From NCBI GenBank assembly GCA_036676985.1, contig JAKFBU010000030.1, forward strand, positions 64,001-128,000: 64,000 bases of DNA, read 5' to 3'. Made by a program: the position numbers and the translations under genes. Under the pieces are notes generated by a model. The model made no database searches. It was given only the letters and a program-made list of their open reading frames with translations, and was not told the origin of the DNA. Positions within the stretch are counted from its first letter, which is position 1, and every line of letters begins with the position of its first letter. Shown piece by piece: positions 28,368 through 37,826 of this stretch. The DNA comes from Candidatus Sericytochromatia bacterium (lineage in GTDB: Bacteria > Cyanobacteriota > Sericytochromatia > S15B-MN24 > UBA4093).

Positions 28368-28853
28368 ATGCGTCACAGCCCCTACCTCTTAGCGGCGATG
28401 CTGGCGGCTTCCCTCTTGGCGGGCTGCACCGAGGAGATCATCACCACCCCGGACCAGAGCGCCTACCGCCAGGACACCACGACCAGCTCCTACTCGAACG
28501 TGCCCGCGAGCAGCAACGGGATCTACAACCCCTACACGGGTATTGCGACCACGAGCCAGACGGCCACCACGTCGACCACTCCGACGGCCGGTGCGCTCGT
28601 GCAGGCCCAGGTCACGGCCTCGACGCCGCGCGGGCTCTTCAAGAAGACGCTCGAGGTGACCGTACAGGTGTCGAACAAGGACACCGTCGAGCACTCGGGC
28701 TACCTGGTCGTCACCTTCACGGACGCGGCCGGCAAGACGGAGCTCGCGTACCGGTACGTGACGATCGCCCCCAATGGCTTGCAGTCGGTGACTGTTTCGT
28801 CGACCAATCCGGCCTCCTCGGGGTCGGTGGTGTTCAAAGAGCGGTTCTTGTAG
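28368..28853 (+). CDS. Lipoprotein, paralog of upstream gene
   Basis: Lipobox LAGC; KTLEVTVQVSN..SGYLVVTFT. Confidence 0.75.
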   Translation: MRHSPYLLAAMLAASLLAGCTEEIITTPDQSAYRQDTTTSSYSNVPASSNGIYNPYTGIATTSQTATTSTTPTAGALVQAQVTASTPRGLFKKTLEVTVQVSNKDTVEHSGYLVVTFTDAAGKTELAYRYVTIAPNGLQSVTVSSTNPASSGSVVFKERFL

Positions 28854-28952
28854 CCTTCCGAGCGAGCGAAGACTCGTTCTACCCCCCCTTCCCCCCCTGC
28901 TAGGGGGGCTTTCTGTTGGCGGCATCCGGATAACAGCCGGCTGCGTGCTATC

Positions 28953-30026
28953 ATGACAGCCGATCGCCCGCAGTTCGAGAGGCCCATGACCGCCCCACTC
29001 CACGCCGTCACAGGTCCCATCCAGCCTCCCATCCGACCACCCGCCACCTGGGTGGCCGAGCACCTTGCCGTGCTGGGCGCCGAGTCGGTGCTGTGCCTCT
29101 TCACCGGCTGGGGAGCCGAAGCCCGGGCCCTCAAGAAGCAGGGGCTGACGGTGACCACCGCCGACCAGCTCGCCGCAAGCGTCTGGTGGAACCGCGCGTT
29201 TGTCGCCGCAGGCGTCGTACCCCTCAGCGAGCGCCGGATCAACGAGTGGTCCAAGCTCCGCAAGGAGCCGGAAGTCGTCAAGCGCTTCATGCCGTGGGCG
29301 AACCGCTACTTCACGCCCGAAGAGACGATCTGGCTCGGGATCTGGTACCAGCACATCCACCGCTCGGAGGCGTCGGTGGCCGAGAAGGCCATCGGGACGG
29401 TCGCCGTCTACTGGACGATCCGCTACTGGCTGAGCTGGAACCGGGAGGAGCTGGGCTTCAAGCCGCTTCCGCCCTCGGCGGTCTTTCGGCGCTACGTCGA
29501 ACAGGCGCATCGCCTGCTCGACCGCATGCAGGGGCTACCGCCGCACGCTCACCGAGCCGAGAAAATGGCGCCAGAAGCGGCGTTGGCCAATTTCCCGGGG
29601 GACCTGCTCCTTTGTTACGTCCCCCCGGTCGAGGGTATAGAAGCACTGGGTCTGGCGCAGCAACTCTGCGAACGATGGACTGGCGGGGATCCGACGGCTC
29701 CGCCGATGAGCTACCCGCAGGGAACGCTCGGAGGCGCCTTCGAGGATTCCAGAGCGCACCTCCAGGCGGTCTCCAGGCTGCTTTCCGGTGCTTCCGGACA
29801 CCGCCTTGTCGCCCTGTCCTACCAAGGCGACGTGGGAGAGGCGCTAGAAGCCCTGGTGGCCGAGAGTCGCCCGGTCCTGTCGCGCCAAGAGTTGCAGGTG
29901 CCATATCCGGACGCCGACGGTTCAAGTATAATCATCCAGGGTTTGCTAGTTGCAGGCTCACCGATGGCGGTCGAGCCAGGCATGAGGCGGGACACCGACG
30001 GCGCCAGGGACGAGGGGACAGAGTAA
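28953..30026 (+). CDS. DNA adenine methyltransferase-like protein with degenerate catalytic motifs
   Basis: VLCLFTGWG (motif I-like), YFTPEE, DLLLCYVPP in place of DPPY; start may be 28986. Confidence 0.55.
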   Translation: MTADRPQFERPMTAPLHAVTGPIQPPIRPPATWVAEHLAVLGAESVLCLFTGWGAEARALKKQGLTVTTADQLAASVWWNRAFVAAGVVPLSERRINEWSKLRKEPEVVKRFMPWANRYFTPEETIWLGIWYQHIHRSEASVAEKAIGTVAVYWTIRYWLSWNREELGFKPLPPSAVFRRYVEQAHRLLDRMQGLPPHAHRAEKMAPEAALANFPGDLLLCYVPPVEGIEALGLAQQLCERWTGGDPTAPPMSYPQGTLGGAFEDSRAHLQAVSRLLSGASGHRLVALSYQGDVGEALEALVAESRPVLSRQELQVPYPDADGSSIIIQGLLVAGSPMAVEPGMRRDTDGARDEGTE

Positions 30027-30938
30027 ATGATTTCGGAAGGCAGCCTTCAGGACTTCAGCCTGAGCGATCTCTTGCAGATCATCAGCCTCAACGCGTCGAC
30101 CGGCGTGCTCCGCGTCGCGAGCGAGGGCCGCGAGGCCATGCTGTGCTGCCGCCAGGGCGAGATCGCCAGCGCCACCGCCCAGGACCTCTCCGCCGAGGAG
30201 GCCGTCTACGCCATCTTCCAGTGGGAGACGGGCACCTTCCAGTTCGACGCCCTTGAGCCCGTCGAGGCTCCCGGCAAGGTCTCGACGCCGCTTTCCGAGA
30301 TCGCCAAGGAAGGGATCCGGCGCCTGGATCAGTGGCGCTCGATCCGCCGCGAGATGCCCCTCTTGACCACCCGCGCCCGCTTCCGCAGCGAGCAGGCCCA
30401 GCTGGCGAGCTCGCTGACGCCCGCGAGCACCGAGGTCTGGGCCGCCATCTCGGGCACCGAGGGCCTGACCCTCGCCGAGATCGCCTCCTCCACCCACCTC
30501 AACGACCTCGCCGTCGCCCAGGGCCTCCTGGAGCTGCACCGCGAGGGGATGCTCCTCATCGAGACCTCGCCCGAGGAGGCCATGCGCTCCATGTTTCAGC
30601 GGGCGAGCGAAGAGGTCTACGCGCGCTTCGCGTCCATCTCGGGGCTCAAGATGACCGAGGGGCTCGAGACCCTCTTGAACCACCTCGCCCGCACCAAGGG
30701 CGTCGAGCTGCGCTGGCGCAGCGGCCTGGTCCAGGACGGCCTGCCCGGCTCTTGGTCCGCCGATGCCCTGCGGCCCGTCTACCGTGATTTCCTGATTTCC
30801 CAGCTGGAGTACGTGACCAAGATCCACGGTCCCGGCTTCACCGAGAAGGCGCTCGAAGGAGCGATCAGCGGCTTTTCCCCCGAGGAGAAGCAGGGCTGGC
30901 ACTCGCTGGAGCTGCCCGAGACCTTGACCGCCCGCTAA
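30027..30938 (+). CDS. DUF4388 (PATAN-like) domain protein
   Basis: EGSLQDFSLSDLLQII..STGVL..GEEAV-like..W.TGTFQF..EGIRRLDQW. Confidence 0.85.
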   Translation: MISEGSLQDFSLSDLLQIISLNASTGVLRVASEGREAMLCCRQGEIASATAQDLSAEEAVYAIFQWETGTFQFDALEPVEAPGKVSTPLSEIAKEGIRRLDQWRSIRREMPLLTTRARFRSEQAQLASSLTPASTEVWAAISGTEGLTLAEIASSTHLNDLAVAQGLLELHREGMLLIETSPEEAMRSMFQRASEEVYARFASISGLKMTEGLETLLNHLARTKGVELRWRSGLVQDGLPGSWSADALRPVYRDFLISQLEYVTKIHGPGFTEKALEGAISGFSPEEKQGWHSLELPETLTAR

Positions 30939-30977
30939 TCGACCCGGGCGACCCCCGGCAGGAGGACACCGACACCC

Positions 30978-31460
30978 ATGGCCACCAAGAGCTCCAAGCA
31001 CCTGGTCCTGACCGAAGAAGGAATCCGAGGGATCAACAACACCCTCGGCAACTTCGTGCTCGACTCGGGAGCAAAGGCCATCCTCTTGATCGACAAGAGC
31101 GGCCAGATGATCGCCGCCCAGGGCGAGACCAGCTCGTTCGACACCATGTCGATCTCGGCCCTCATCACCGGGTCGTTCAACTCGACCAAGGCGATCGCCA
31201 CCCTCTTGGGCGAGGCCGAGTTCAAGACCATGTTCCAGCAGGGTCATTCCAGCTCGATCTACATGGTCGCCCTGTCCAGCCAGGACGTGCTGGGCGTCAT
31301 CTTCCCCAACCAGATCACCGTGGGCCGCATCAAGTACAAGCTCGATCAGGTCGTCCCCACGGTCGACCAGCAGCTGCAGGTCATGTACCAGCAGAGCCCC
31401 ACCACGTCCCCCATCAGGCCCGCGCAGGCGCCGGCGCCGAAGATCAACGACCTGTTTTAG
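30978..31460 (+). CDS. mglB: Roadblock/LC7 GTPase-activating protein MglB
   Basis: AKAILLIDKSGQMIAAQGE, AIATLLGEAEF..MFQQG; directly upstream of mglA. Confidence 0.88.
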   Translation: MATKSSKHLVLTEEGIRGINNTLGNFVLDSGAKAILLIDKSGQMIAAQGETSSFDTMSISALITGSFNSTKAIATLLGEAEFKTMFQQGHSSSIYMVALSSQDVLGVIFPNQITVGRIKYKLDQVVPTVDQQLQVMYQQSPTTSPIRPAQAPAPKINDLF

Positions 31461-31472
31461 GAGTGATAGCCG

Positions 31473-32051
31473 ATGGCCCTCATTAACTACGCCAGCCGCG
31501 AGATCAACTGCAAGATCGTCTACTACGGGACGGGTCTCGGCGGGAAGACCACCAACCTCGAGTACATCTTCAAGCAGCTCGCCCCCGGCATCCGCGGTGA
31601 GATGATCAGCCTCGCCACCGAGACCGAGCGGACGCTGTTCTTCGACTTCCTTCCGCTGGACTTGGGCTCGGTGCAGGGCTTCAAGACCAAATTCTCGCTC
31701 TACACCGTTCCCGGTCAGGTCGAGTACAACGCGAGCCGCAAGCTCATCCTCAACGGCGTCGACGGCATCGTCTTCGTGGCCGACAGCCAGCGCGAGAAGA
31801 TGCAGGAGAACATCGAGAGCCTCCGGAACATGGAGGAGAACCTCGCCGAGTACGGCCTCACGCTCGATGCGGTGCCCTACGTGCTGCAGTACAACAAGCG
31901 CGACCTGCCGAACGTCAACGCCTTCGAGGAGCTCGAGGCGTCCCTGAACGATCGGGCCGTACCCTCGTTCGAGGCCGTCGCGGTCGAGGGGTCGGGCGTG
32001 TTCGCGACCCTCAAGGCCGTCTCCAAGGCGGTCCTCAACCGCCTGAGCTAA
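31473..32051 (+). CDS. mglA: Small Ras-like GTPase MglA
   Basis: [45 protein letters not shown]. Confidence 0.95.
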   Translation: MALINYASREINCKIVYYGTGLGGKTTNLEYIFKQLAPGIRGEMISLATETERTLFFDFLPLDLGSVQGFKTKFSLYTVPGQVEYNASRKLILNGVDGIVFVADSQREKMQENIESLRNMEENLAEYGLTLDAVPYVLQYNKRDLPNVNAFEELEASLNDRAVPSFEAVAVEGSGVFATLKAVSKAVLNRLS

Positions 32052-32116
32052 GTTCCGTCGGTCGAATCAGGGGGGCGGGAGCACTCGTCCCCCTTTGACC
32101 TTAGGAGGACCCCACG

Positions 32117-34042
32117 CTGTCCGACCGCGTCGCCGAATATGAGATCATCGCCGAGCTCGCGCGATCCGCGTCGGGCCGGATCCTGATCGCGCAGGCGCCG
32201 GGCAGCAAGCACCTGCTCGCCATCAAGGAGATGCTCATCGAGCAGGACGCGGGCCTGTCCGTGGAAGAGCAGATCGCGCGCTTCAAGCGCGAGGCGGACA
32301 TCCACCTCCAGCTGAGCCACCCCAACATCATCAAGGGCTACGACGCGGGCGTCGACGGCGATCGCCACTACCTGGTCATGGAGTACCAGCCGGGCGGCAC
32401 GTGGCACGCCATCATGGAGTCCAAGCGCCTCAGCCCCATCCCCCAGGTGCTCGAGTGGGGCATCCAGCTCTGTTACGCCCTGCAGCACCTCCACGAGCAA
32501 GGCGTGGTCCACCGGGACGTCAAGCCCGCCAACTGCCTGATCAGCCCCGCCGGCCAGCTCAAGCTGACGGACTTCGGCATGGCGCGCCGCGCCTTCGCGC
32601 CGGGCATCACCCAGGCCAAGATGATGCTCGGCACCCTGAACTACATGTCCCCCGAGCAGCTCCTGGACGCCACCAGCGTGGACGGCCGCTCGGACGTGTT
32701 CGCGGCGGGCGTCATCCTCTTCAAGGCCTTCACGGGCCACTTGCCGTTCGCGGGCGAGACGCCCACGGACGTGGCGCACCGCTTGCTCTACGCCGAGCCC
32801 ACCGATCCCCTGACGCTCAACCCGCGCCTGCCCAAGAGCCTGGGCGACAAGCTCATCAAGTGCCTCAGCAAGGACCCCGACTTCCGCTACCTCACCGCGG
32901 AGGCCTTCGCGCGGGACCTCGAGGAGGAGCTGCACCAGAGCGCCATTTACCTGTCGCAGGGCCACGACCACGCCGAGCACGCCGAGTGGAAGGACGCCAA
33001 CCACTGCTTCCAGCAGGCCGTCGCCATGGACAGTGCCAACGCCGAGGCGTGGTTCCGCCTGGGCGAGAGCCTGCACCACCTGGGGCAGCCCGAGCAGGCG
33101 AGCGAGTGCTTCCTCAAGGTCATCCACCTGGACTCGTCGCACGTGGAGGCCTACCGCCGGCTGGGCGAGGCCTACCAGTCCACGAACAACCCGCAGGCGG
33201 CCATCAAGATGTTCCAGCGCGCCTGGGTACTCGATCCCAAGGATCAGGCCACCTGCATGGCGCTCTCGCGGGCCTACCACTCGCTGGGCCAGTCGCAGGA
33301 GGCCATGGAGCAGCTGGGCTTCTTGGTCGAGCAGCACCCGGATCTGTCGGTCGCGCACTACGAGCTGGGCCGGGCGCGCTACGCCGCGGGCCTCCTGGAC
33401 GAGGCGCTCGCGAGCTTCCGGGCCGCCCACCGGCTCGAGCCGACCAACCCGGACGTGCTCTTCAACCTGGCCTCGTTGCAGCACGAGGTCGGCAACCTGG
33501 AGGACGCCGAGGAGCTGTACGAGAAGCTCATCGTGCTCACGCCGGATCGGCCCTACACGCATGCGCACCACAACCTGGCCTGCCTCTGGCTGAGCCAGGG
33601 ACGCCTCGACGAGGCCGAAGCCCAGCTCCAGGCCGTGCTCGCCACCGAGCAGTGGGGCCCCTCGTACCTGGTCCTCGGCGAGATCTACGAGCGCTCGGGC
33701 CGCATGCGCGACGCGGTCGTGGCCTACCAGCAGGCGCTCACCCTCATGCCCGGGGACGCGGACGCCTCGATCGCGTTGGCGGGTGCGTTGCAGCGCAACT
33801 TCCAGCCCAACGCGGCCGTGGACGTCCTCGTCCACGCCGCCCGCCAGGAAGGCCCGGATCAAGCCCGGGTGCTGTATCACCTGGCGCTCGCCTACCGGAC
33901 CCGCGGCGACCATGCGGACGCCGCGCAGGCCTTGCAGGCATGCCTCACCCTCAAGCCGCAGCCCGAGCTCGCCAAGCTGGCCGAGGGGCTCCTCGCGGCC
34001 GTCAGACCGACAGGTCCTAGATCCCTCCGACAACCGAGATGA
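32117..34042 (+). CDS. Hanks-type Ser/Thr protein kinase with C-terminal TPR repeats (probable CTG start)
   Basis: AGGAGG SD then CTG; AIK, HRDVKPAN, DFG, YMSPEQ; ~10 TPR-like repeats. Confidence 0.88.
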   Translation: MSDRVAEYEIIAELARSASGRILIAQAPGSKHLLAIKEMLIEQDAGLSVEEQIARFKREADIHLQLSHPNIIKGYDAGVDGDRHYLVMEYQPGGTWHAIMESKRLSPIPQVLEWGIQLCYALQHLHEQGVVHRDVKPANCLISPAGQLKLTDFGMARRAFAPGITQAKMMLGTLNYMSPEQLLDATSVDGRSDVFAAGVILFKAFTGHLPFAGETPTDVAHRLLYAEPTDPLTLNPRLPKSLGDKLIKCLSKDPDFRYLTAEAFARDLEEELHQSAIYLSQGHDHAEHAEWKDANHCFQQAVAMDSANAEAWFRLGESLHHLGQPEQASECFLKVIHLDSSHVEAYRRLGEAYQSTNNPQAAIKMFQRAWVLDPKDQATCMALSRAYHSLGQSQEAMEQLGFLVEQHPDLSVAHYELGRARYAAGLLDEALASFRAAHRLEPTNPDVLFNLASLQHEVGNLEDAEELYEKLIVLTPDRPYTHAHHNLACLWLSQGRLDEAEAQLQAVLATEQWGPSYLVLGEIYERSGRMRDAVVAYQQALTLMPGDADASIALAGALQRNFQPNAAVDVLVHAARQEGPDQARVLYHLALAYRTRGDHADAAQALQACLTLKPQPELAKLAEGLLAAVRPTGPRSLRQPR

Positions 34043-35091
34043 ACAAGCCCCTGAGCTCCGTGCTCCTGGCCCTTCTGGCCGCCTTCCTGCTCGCGCTGCC
34101 CTCCTGGGCCCACGGCGCCAGGACCGGCTTCTCCGAGGTCATGGTCGACGGCAAGGAGGTGACCTACCTCCTCGAGGTGCCCAGCTACTACCTGCTCACG
34201 GATCTCGACCCCATGGGTCCGCCCGCCGAGAAGGAAGAGCTGCAGGCCCGGCTGTCCGACATCCAGGCGCGGGTGCAGGAGACGCTGCACGTCAGCAACG
34301 GCGAGGCGATCGCCACCCTCTCGGTGGAGGTCCTCGAAGGGGAGAAGTCGGTCGGGCTGGTCCCCATCGCCGCCCGCTACACCTTCGCGGAACCCGTCAC
34401 GGATCTGCGCATCCGGTACGAGCTCTGGGATCCCCAGGAGGCCAACTTCCAGAACCTCCTCAAGGTCCACTACCTCGACGAGACCTACGAGCTGGCCCTC
34501 ACGCCCCAGCGCAGCTCCTTTCGGCAGCTCGCAGGCGGCTACTGGGCCCAGATCTCGAGCTTCGTGCACCTCGGCATCGAGCACATCTTCACGGGCTACG
34601 ACCACATCCTCTTCATCCTCGGGCTGCTCATCCTGGGCGGCAGCTTCAAGAACCTCTTGAAGGTCGTCACGGCCTTCACCGTCGCCCACTCCATCACGCT
34701 CATCGCCGCGGCCATGGGCGTCGTGAGCCTGCCCGGCAAGCTCGTCGAGTGCGCGATCGCCCTCTCCATCGCCTACATCGCCGTCGAGAACGTCTTCCTC
34801 AAGAAGGGCACCTACCGCTGGATCCTGGCCTTCGCCTTCGGCCTGATCCACGGTTTCGGCTTCTCGGGGATCCTCGCCGAGCTGGGCCTGCCCACCAAGG
34901 GCCTCGTCGAGTCCCTGCTGTCGTTCAACGTCGGCGTGGAGCTCGGCCAGATCGTCATCGTGTCCCTGCTCTTCCCGCTGGTGCTCTGGAGCTCCCGGCG
35001 CCCCCAGCACGTCTGGGTGGTGCGGGGCGTCTCCGGCGTCATCTTCGCCTTCGGCATGCTCTGGTTCGTCGAGCGGATCACGGGGGCCTAG
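34039..35091 (+). CDS. HupE/UreJ family membrane protein
   Basis: LGIEHIFTGYDHILF, TAFTVAHSITL, FGLIHGFGF, FNVGVELGQ. Confidence 0.9.
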   Translation: MNKPLSSVLLALLAAFLLALPSWAHGARTGFSEVMVDGKEVTYLLEVPSYYLLTDLDPMGPPAEKEELQARLSDIQARVQETLHVSNGEAIATLSVEVLEGEKSVGLVPIAARYTFAEPVTDLRIRYELWDPQEANFQNLLKVHYLDETYELALTPQRSSFRQLAGGYWAQISSFVHLGIEHIFTGYDHILFILGLLILGGSFKNLLKVVTAFTVAHSITLIAAAMGVVSLPGKLVECAIALSIAYIAVENVFLKKGTYRWILAFAFGLIHGFGFSGILAELGLPTKGLVESLLSFNVGVELGQIVIVSLLFPLVLWSSRRPQHVWVVRGVSGVIFAFGMLWFVERITGA

Positions 35092-35106
35092 CCACCCGCC
35101 GCGACG

Positions 35107-35133
35107 GGGCGCCCGGGGAGTTCCCGGGCGCCC
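35107..35133 (+). terminator. Putative terminator
   Basis: GGGCGCCCGGG..CCCGGGCGCCC hairpin after stop. Confidence 0.5.
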
Positions 35134-35232
35134 TGTTGCTTCAACGAAGCTTTACCCAGACATAAGAAACTCTCCGACCCGATCCCCCTAAAAGGACTTT
35201 ACAGCTAGTTAACGCTTTCAGGGGGATACGAG

Positions 35233-36642
35233 ATGACGATCATCAGCCAGCGCGCCAGCCGCATCAGCAAGGACATGGTCCGCGCCCTCGCTGAGCACGG
35301 CGCCCAGGTCAAGGGCCAGGTCCGCAAGGCCGCCGAGAACATCCCCCTCGACAAGCTCGTCCTGAGCAACGTCGCCAGCCGCGCCAACAAGGTCACCTAC
35401 CACGTGGGTGCCGACGAGACCTTCAAGGCCCTGATGGACATGGTCAGCAAGGCCGAGAAGTCCTTCCACATCGAGACCTTCATCTGGCACGACGACGAGA
35501 CCGGCCGCAAGCTCGCCGAGGCGCTCGTCGGCAAGGTCAAGACCGCCAAGGAAGCGGGCAAGTCCTTCGACGCCAAGGTCCTCATCGACTCGATCGGCCT
35601 CAAGAGCGGCTACGGCACCGATGACAAGAAGATCCTCGAGTTCCTCAACGCCAACGGCGTCGAGGCCCGCATCTTCAACCCCAAGATGGTCAGCCTCCAG
35701 GCCGAGGGCAAGCTGCCCCTGACCCACCGCAAGCTCTACATCGCCGATGGCCAGAAGTACCAGATCGGCGGCCGCAACGTGGGCGACGAGTACTTCAAGG
35801 GCGAGTTCCACAAGAAGTGGGGCGATGCCGCCTCGAAGACCACCAGCTACCACGACTTCGCCATGACGGTCGAAGGCGAGGAGACGACCCGCATCCAGAA
35901 GGAGTTCTTCAAGAACTGGAAGACTGCCGGCGGCACCGTTCCCGAGCACTTCCCCGCGGCCAAGCCCGCCCAGGGCGGCAACACGCGCCTCGGCACCTTC
36001 ATCACCGACCCCCTGACGGGCGACAAGTCCCTCAAGGAGGCCCACCTCAAGGCGATCGCCGGTGCCAAGCGCGAGATCACCGTCATCAGCCCCTACTTCG
36101 CGGACGACGACTTCGTCGCCGCCCTCATCAAGGCCAAGAAGTCGAACACCGAGGCTCGCGCCAAGCTCCTCGGCCAGGCCACCAACAAGCACGAGCGCGC
36201 CGCTGTCGACCAGACCGTGCCCGAGCTCAAGATCCGGGCGCTGATGCCGCTGGCCGGCGAGAAGGGCAAGGACCTCAACTACCAGATCGACATGGAGACC
36301 GCCAAGCAGCTGCTGGATGCCGGCATCGAGGTTCGCCTCTCCAAGGGCGGCACCATGGACGGCAAGGCCATCGAGCGCTTCAGCCACTTCAAGGGCATGA
36401 CCGTCGACGGCGAGCTCCTGTCGGTCGGCTCGGCCAACGCCGACTACCGCACCTACCACACCAACCACGAGATCGTGAACATCGTCGCCGACCGCCAGAA
36501 GGTCGCCGAGTTCGAGCAGAAGGTGGTTCGTCCCGACTGGGAAGCCGGCATGCCCATCAACCAGGACTGGATCAAGCAGAACTCGACCTGGGGCGAGCGA
36601 GCCTTCCGCAAGGTCTTCGAGGCCCTCGACTTCCTGTACTAG
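35233..36642 (+). CDS. Phospholipase D / cardiolipin synthase-like protein
   Basis: Two HKD motifs: HRKLYIAD..GGRN and HFKGMTVD..GSAN; SPYF; no N-terminal TM helices. Confidence 0.88.
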   Translation: MTIISQRASRISKDMVRALAEHGAQVKGQVRKAAENIPLDKLVLSNVASRANKVTYHVGADETFKALMDMVSKAEKSFHIETFIWHDDETGRKLAEALVGKVKTAKEAGKSFDAKVLIDSIGLKSGYGTDDKKILEFLNANGVEARIFNPKMVSLQAEGKLPLTHRKLYIADGQKYQIGGRNVGDEYFKGEFHKKWGDAASKTTSYHDFAMTVEGEETTRIQKEFFKNWKTAGGTVPEHFPAAKPAQGGNTRLGTFITDPLTGDKSLKEAHLKAIAGAKREITVISPYFADDDFVAALIKAKKSNTEARAKLLGQATNKHERAAVDQTVPELKIRALMPLAGEKGKDLNYQIDMETAKQLLDAGIEVRLSKGGTMDGKAIERFSHFKGMTVDGELLSVGSANADYRTYHTNHEIVNIVADRQKVAEFEQKVVRPDWEAGMPINQDWIKQNSTWGERAFRKVFEALDFLY

Positions 36643-36851
36643 TCGTCGTCTCCCCCACCCCTCCGCCTCCCCGCCGATCGTCTCGGCGGGGAGCCCGTTT
36701 TGTCCCCTCTCGCCGCGGACCGTTTCCCGTCGAGAGGGGACAGCTCCTCTCGAGAACCGAAACCAAAAAGGATTTCATCACCACTACGTCAAGCTTTGAG
36801 GGTGGTTAAGCTCCAGGCAGGCGAGGTATAGAGCAAGAGAGGGAAGTCGCC

Positions 36852-37826
36852 ATGCCAAGCATCCGATACTGGCAATTGATCATCTCTCTTATCGGCCTGG
36901 GGGCCCTCCTGACGGCATGTCCGCACCAGGGCCCGGCCCTCGACGAGGTGCCGCCTATCTCGGGACGGGTCGACTTCCCCGGCGAGCCGGCCCTCTCCCC
37001 CTATACGACCCAGGCGACGATCTCGGACGTGGCGAACGCCGCCACGGTGGTCCTCATCGACACCACCGCCAACCTCACCCGGGGCTCCACCATCACGGAC
37101 GCGAGCGGCGCCTTCTCGCTCAAGTTCAGCAACAGCTTCAAGCCCACCGCGAGCGCCTCCTACTACCTCGAGGCCGTGCGGGGACTGGGCGGCAACGCAG
37201 CGGGCAAGAACGCGGCACGCGTCCGGACCATCCTGCGCTACGATGGCGGCTGGCAGTCCATCACCTCGGCCCAGACGGGCAACCCCATCCACATCAACCT
37301 CGGCACCACCGCCATCGCCGCCATCACGAACCTCAAGGGGCCGAGCCGCGTGGACGTGGACGACGTGATCGGAGCGCTCACCGTGTCCCCGGAGGCCTTC
37401 ACGCCCGTCACGGGGATCTCGGGAGCGGAGTTCACCACCGTCAAGGGCATCACCGCCTCCCTCTTGAGCGCGGACTCCGATCCCATGGCGGGCATCGTCT
37501 ACGACGCAGGCCCCCCGGAGACCTTCACCCTGCGCAACACCACGAGCTCGCTCACCATGGACCAGGCGACCGCGAGCATCGGCGAGGCCGTCACCCTGCG
37601 GGGCCTCTCCTTCAACCCCGCAGCTCCGCTCGGCACCACCAACGTCGTCCTGTTCAACAACACGGCGACCGGCTCGGTGACGGGCATCGCGGCCGATCGC
37701 CAATCCATCACGGTGGTCGTGCCGAACGACGCCGTGTCGGGACCGGTCACCGTCCGCACGGGCGGCAAGATCTACGGCCTTCCTTCCTTCACCGTTTGGA
37801 GCACGGTCAATGTCGACCTCTTCTAA
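36852..37826 (+). CDS. Lipoprotein: 'YxTQA' N-domain plus IPT/TIG domain
   Basis: Lipobox LTAC; YTTQA; GEAVTLRGLSF..ITVVVPNDAVSGPVTV. Confidence 0.8.
   Translation: MPSIRYWQLIISLIGLGALLTACPHQGPALDEVPPISGRVDFPGEPALSPYTTQATISDVANAATVVLIDTTANLTRGSTITDASGAFSLKFSNSFKPTASASYYLEAVRGLGGNAAGKNAARVRTILRYDGGWQSITSAQTGNPIHINLGTTAIAAITNLKGPSRVDVDDVIGALTVSPEAFTPVTGISGAEFTTVKGITASLLSADSDPMAGIVYDAGPPETFTLRNTTSSLTMDQATASIGEAVTLRGLSFNPAAPLGTTNVVLFNNTATGSVTGIAADRQSITVVVPNDAVSGPVTVRTGGKIYGLPSFTVWSTVNVDLF

Noticed and set aside
23258-28853. tRNA-Leu as the attachment site of a genomic island
   Set aside because: No integrase, no duplicated tRNA 3' end seen, and flanking genes have the same GC3-rich codon style as core genes.
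28953-30026. Restriction-modification system
   Set aside because: No nuclease gene nearby and the catalytic DPPY motif is absent.
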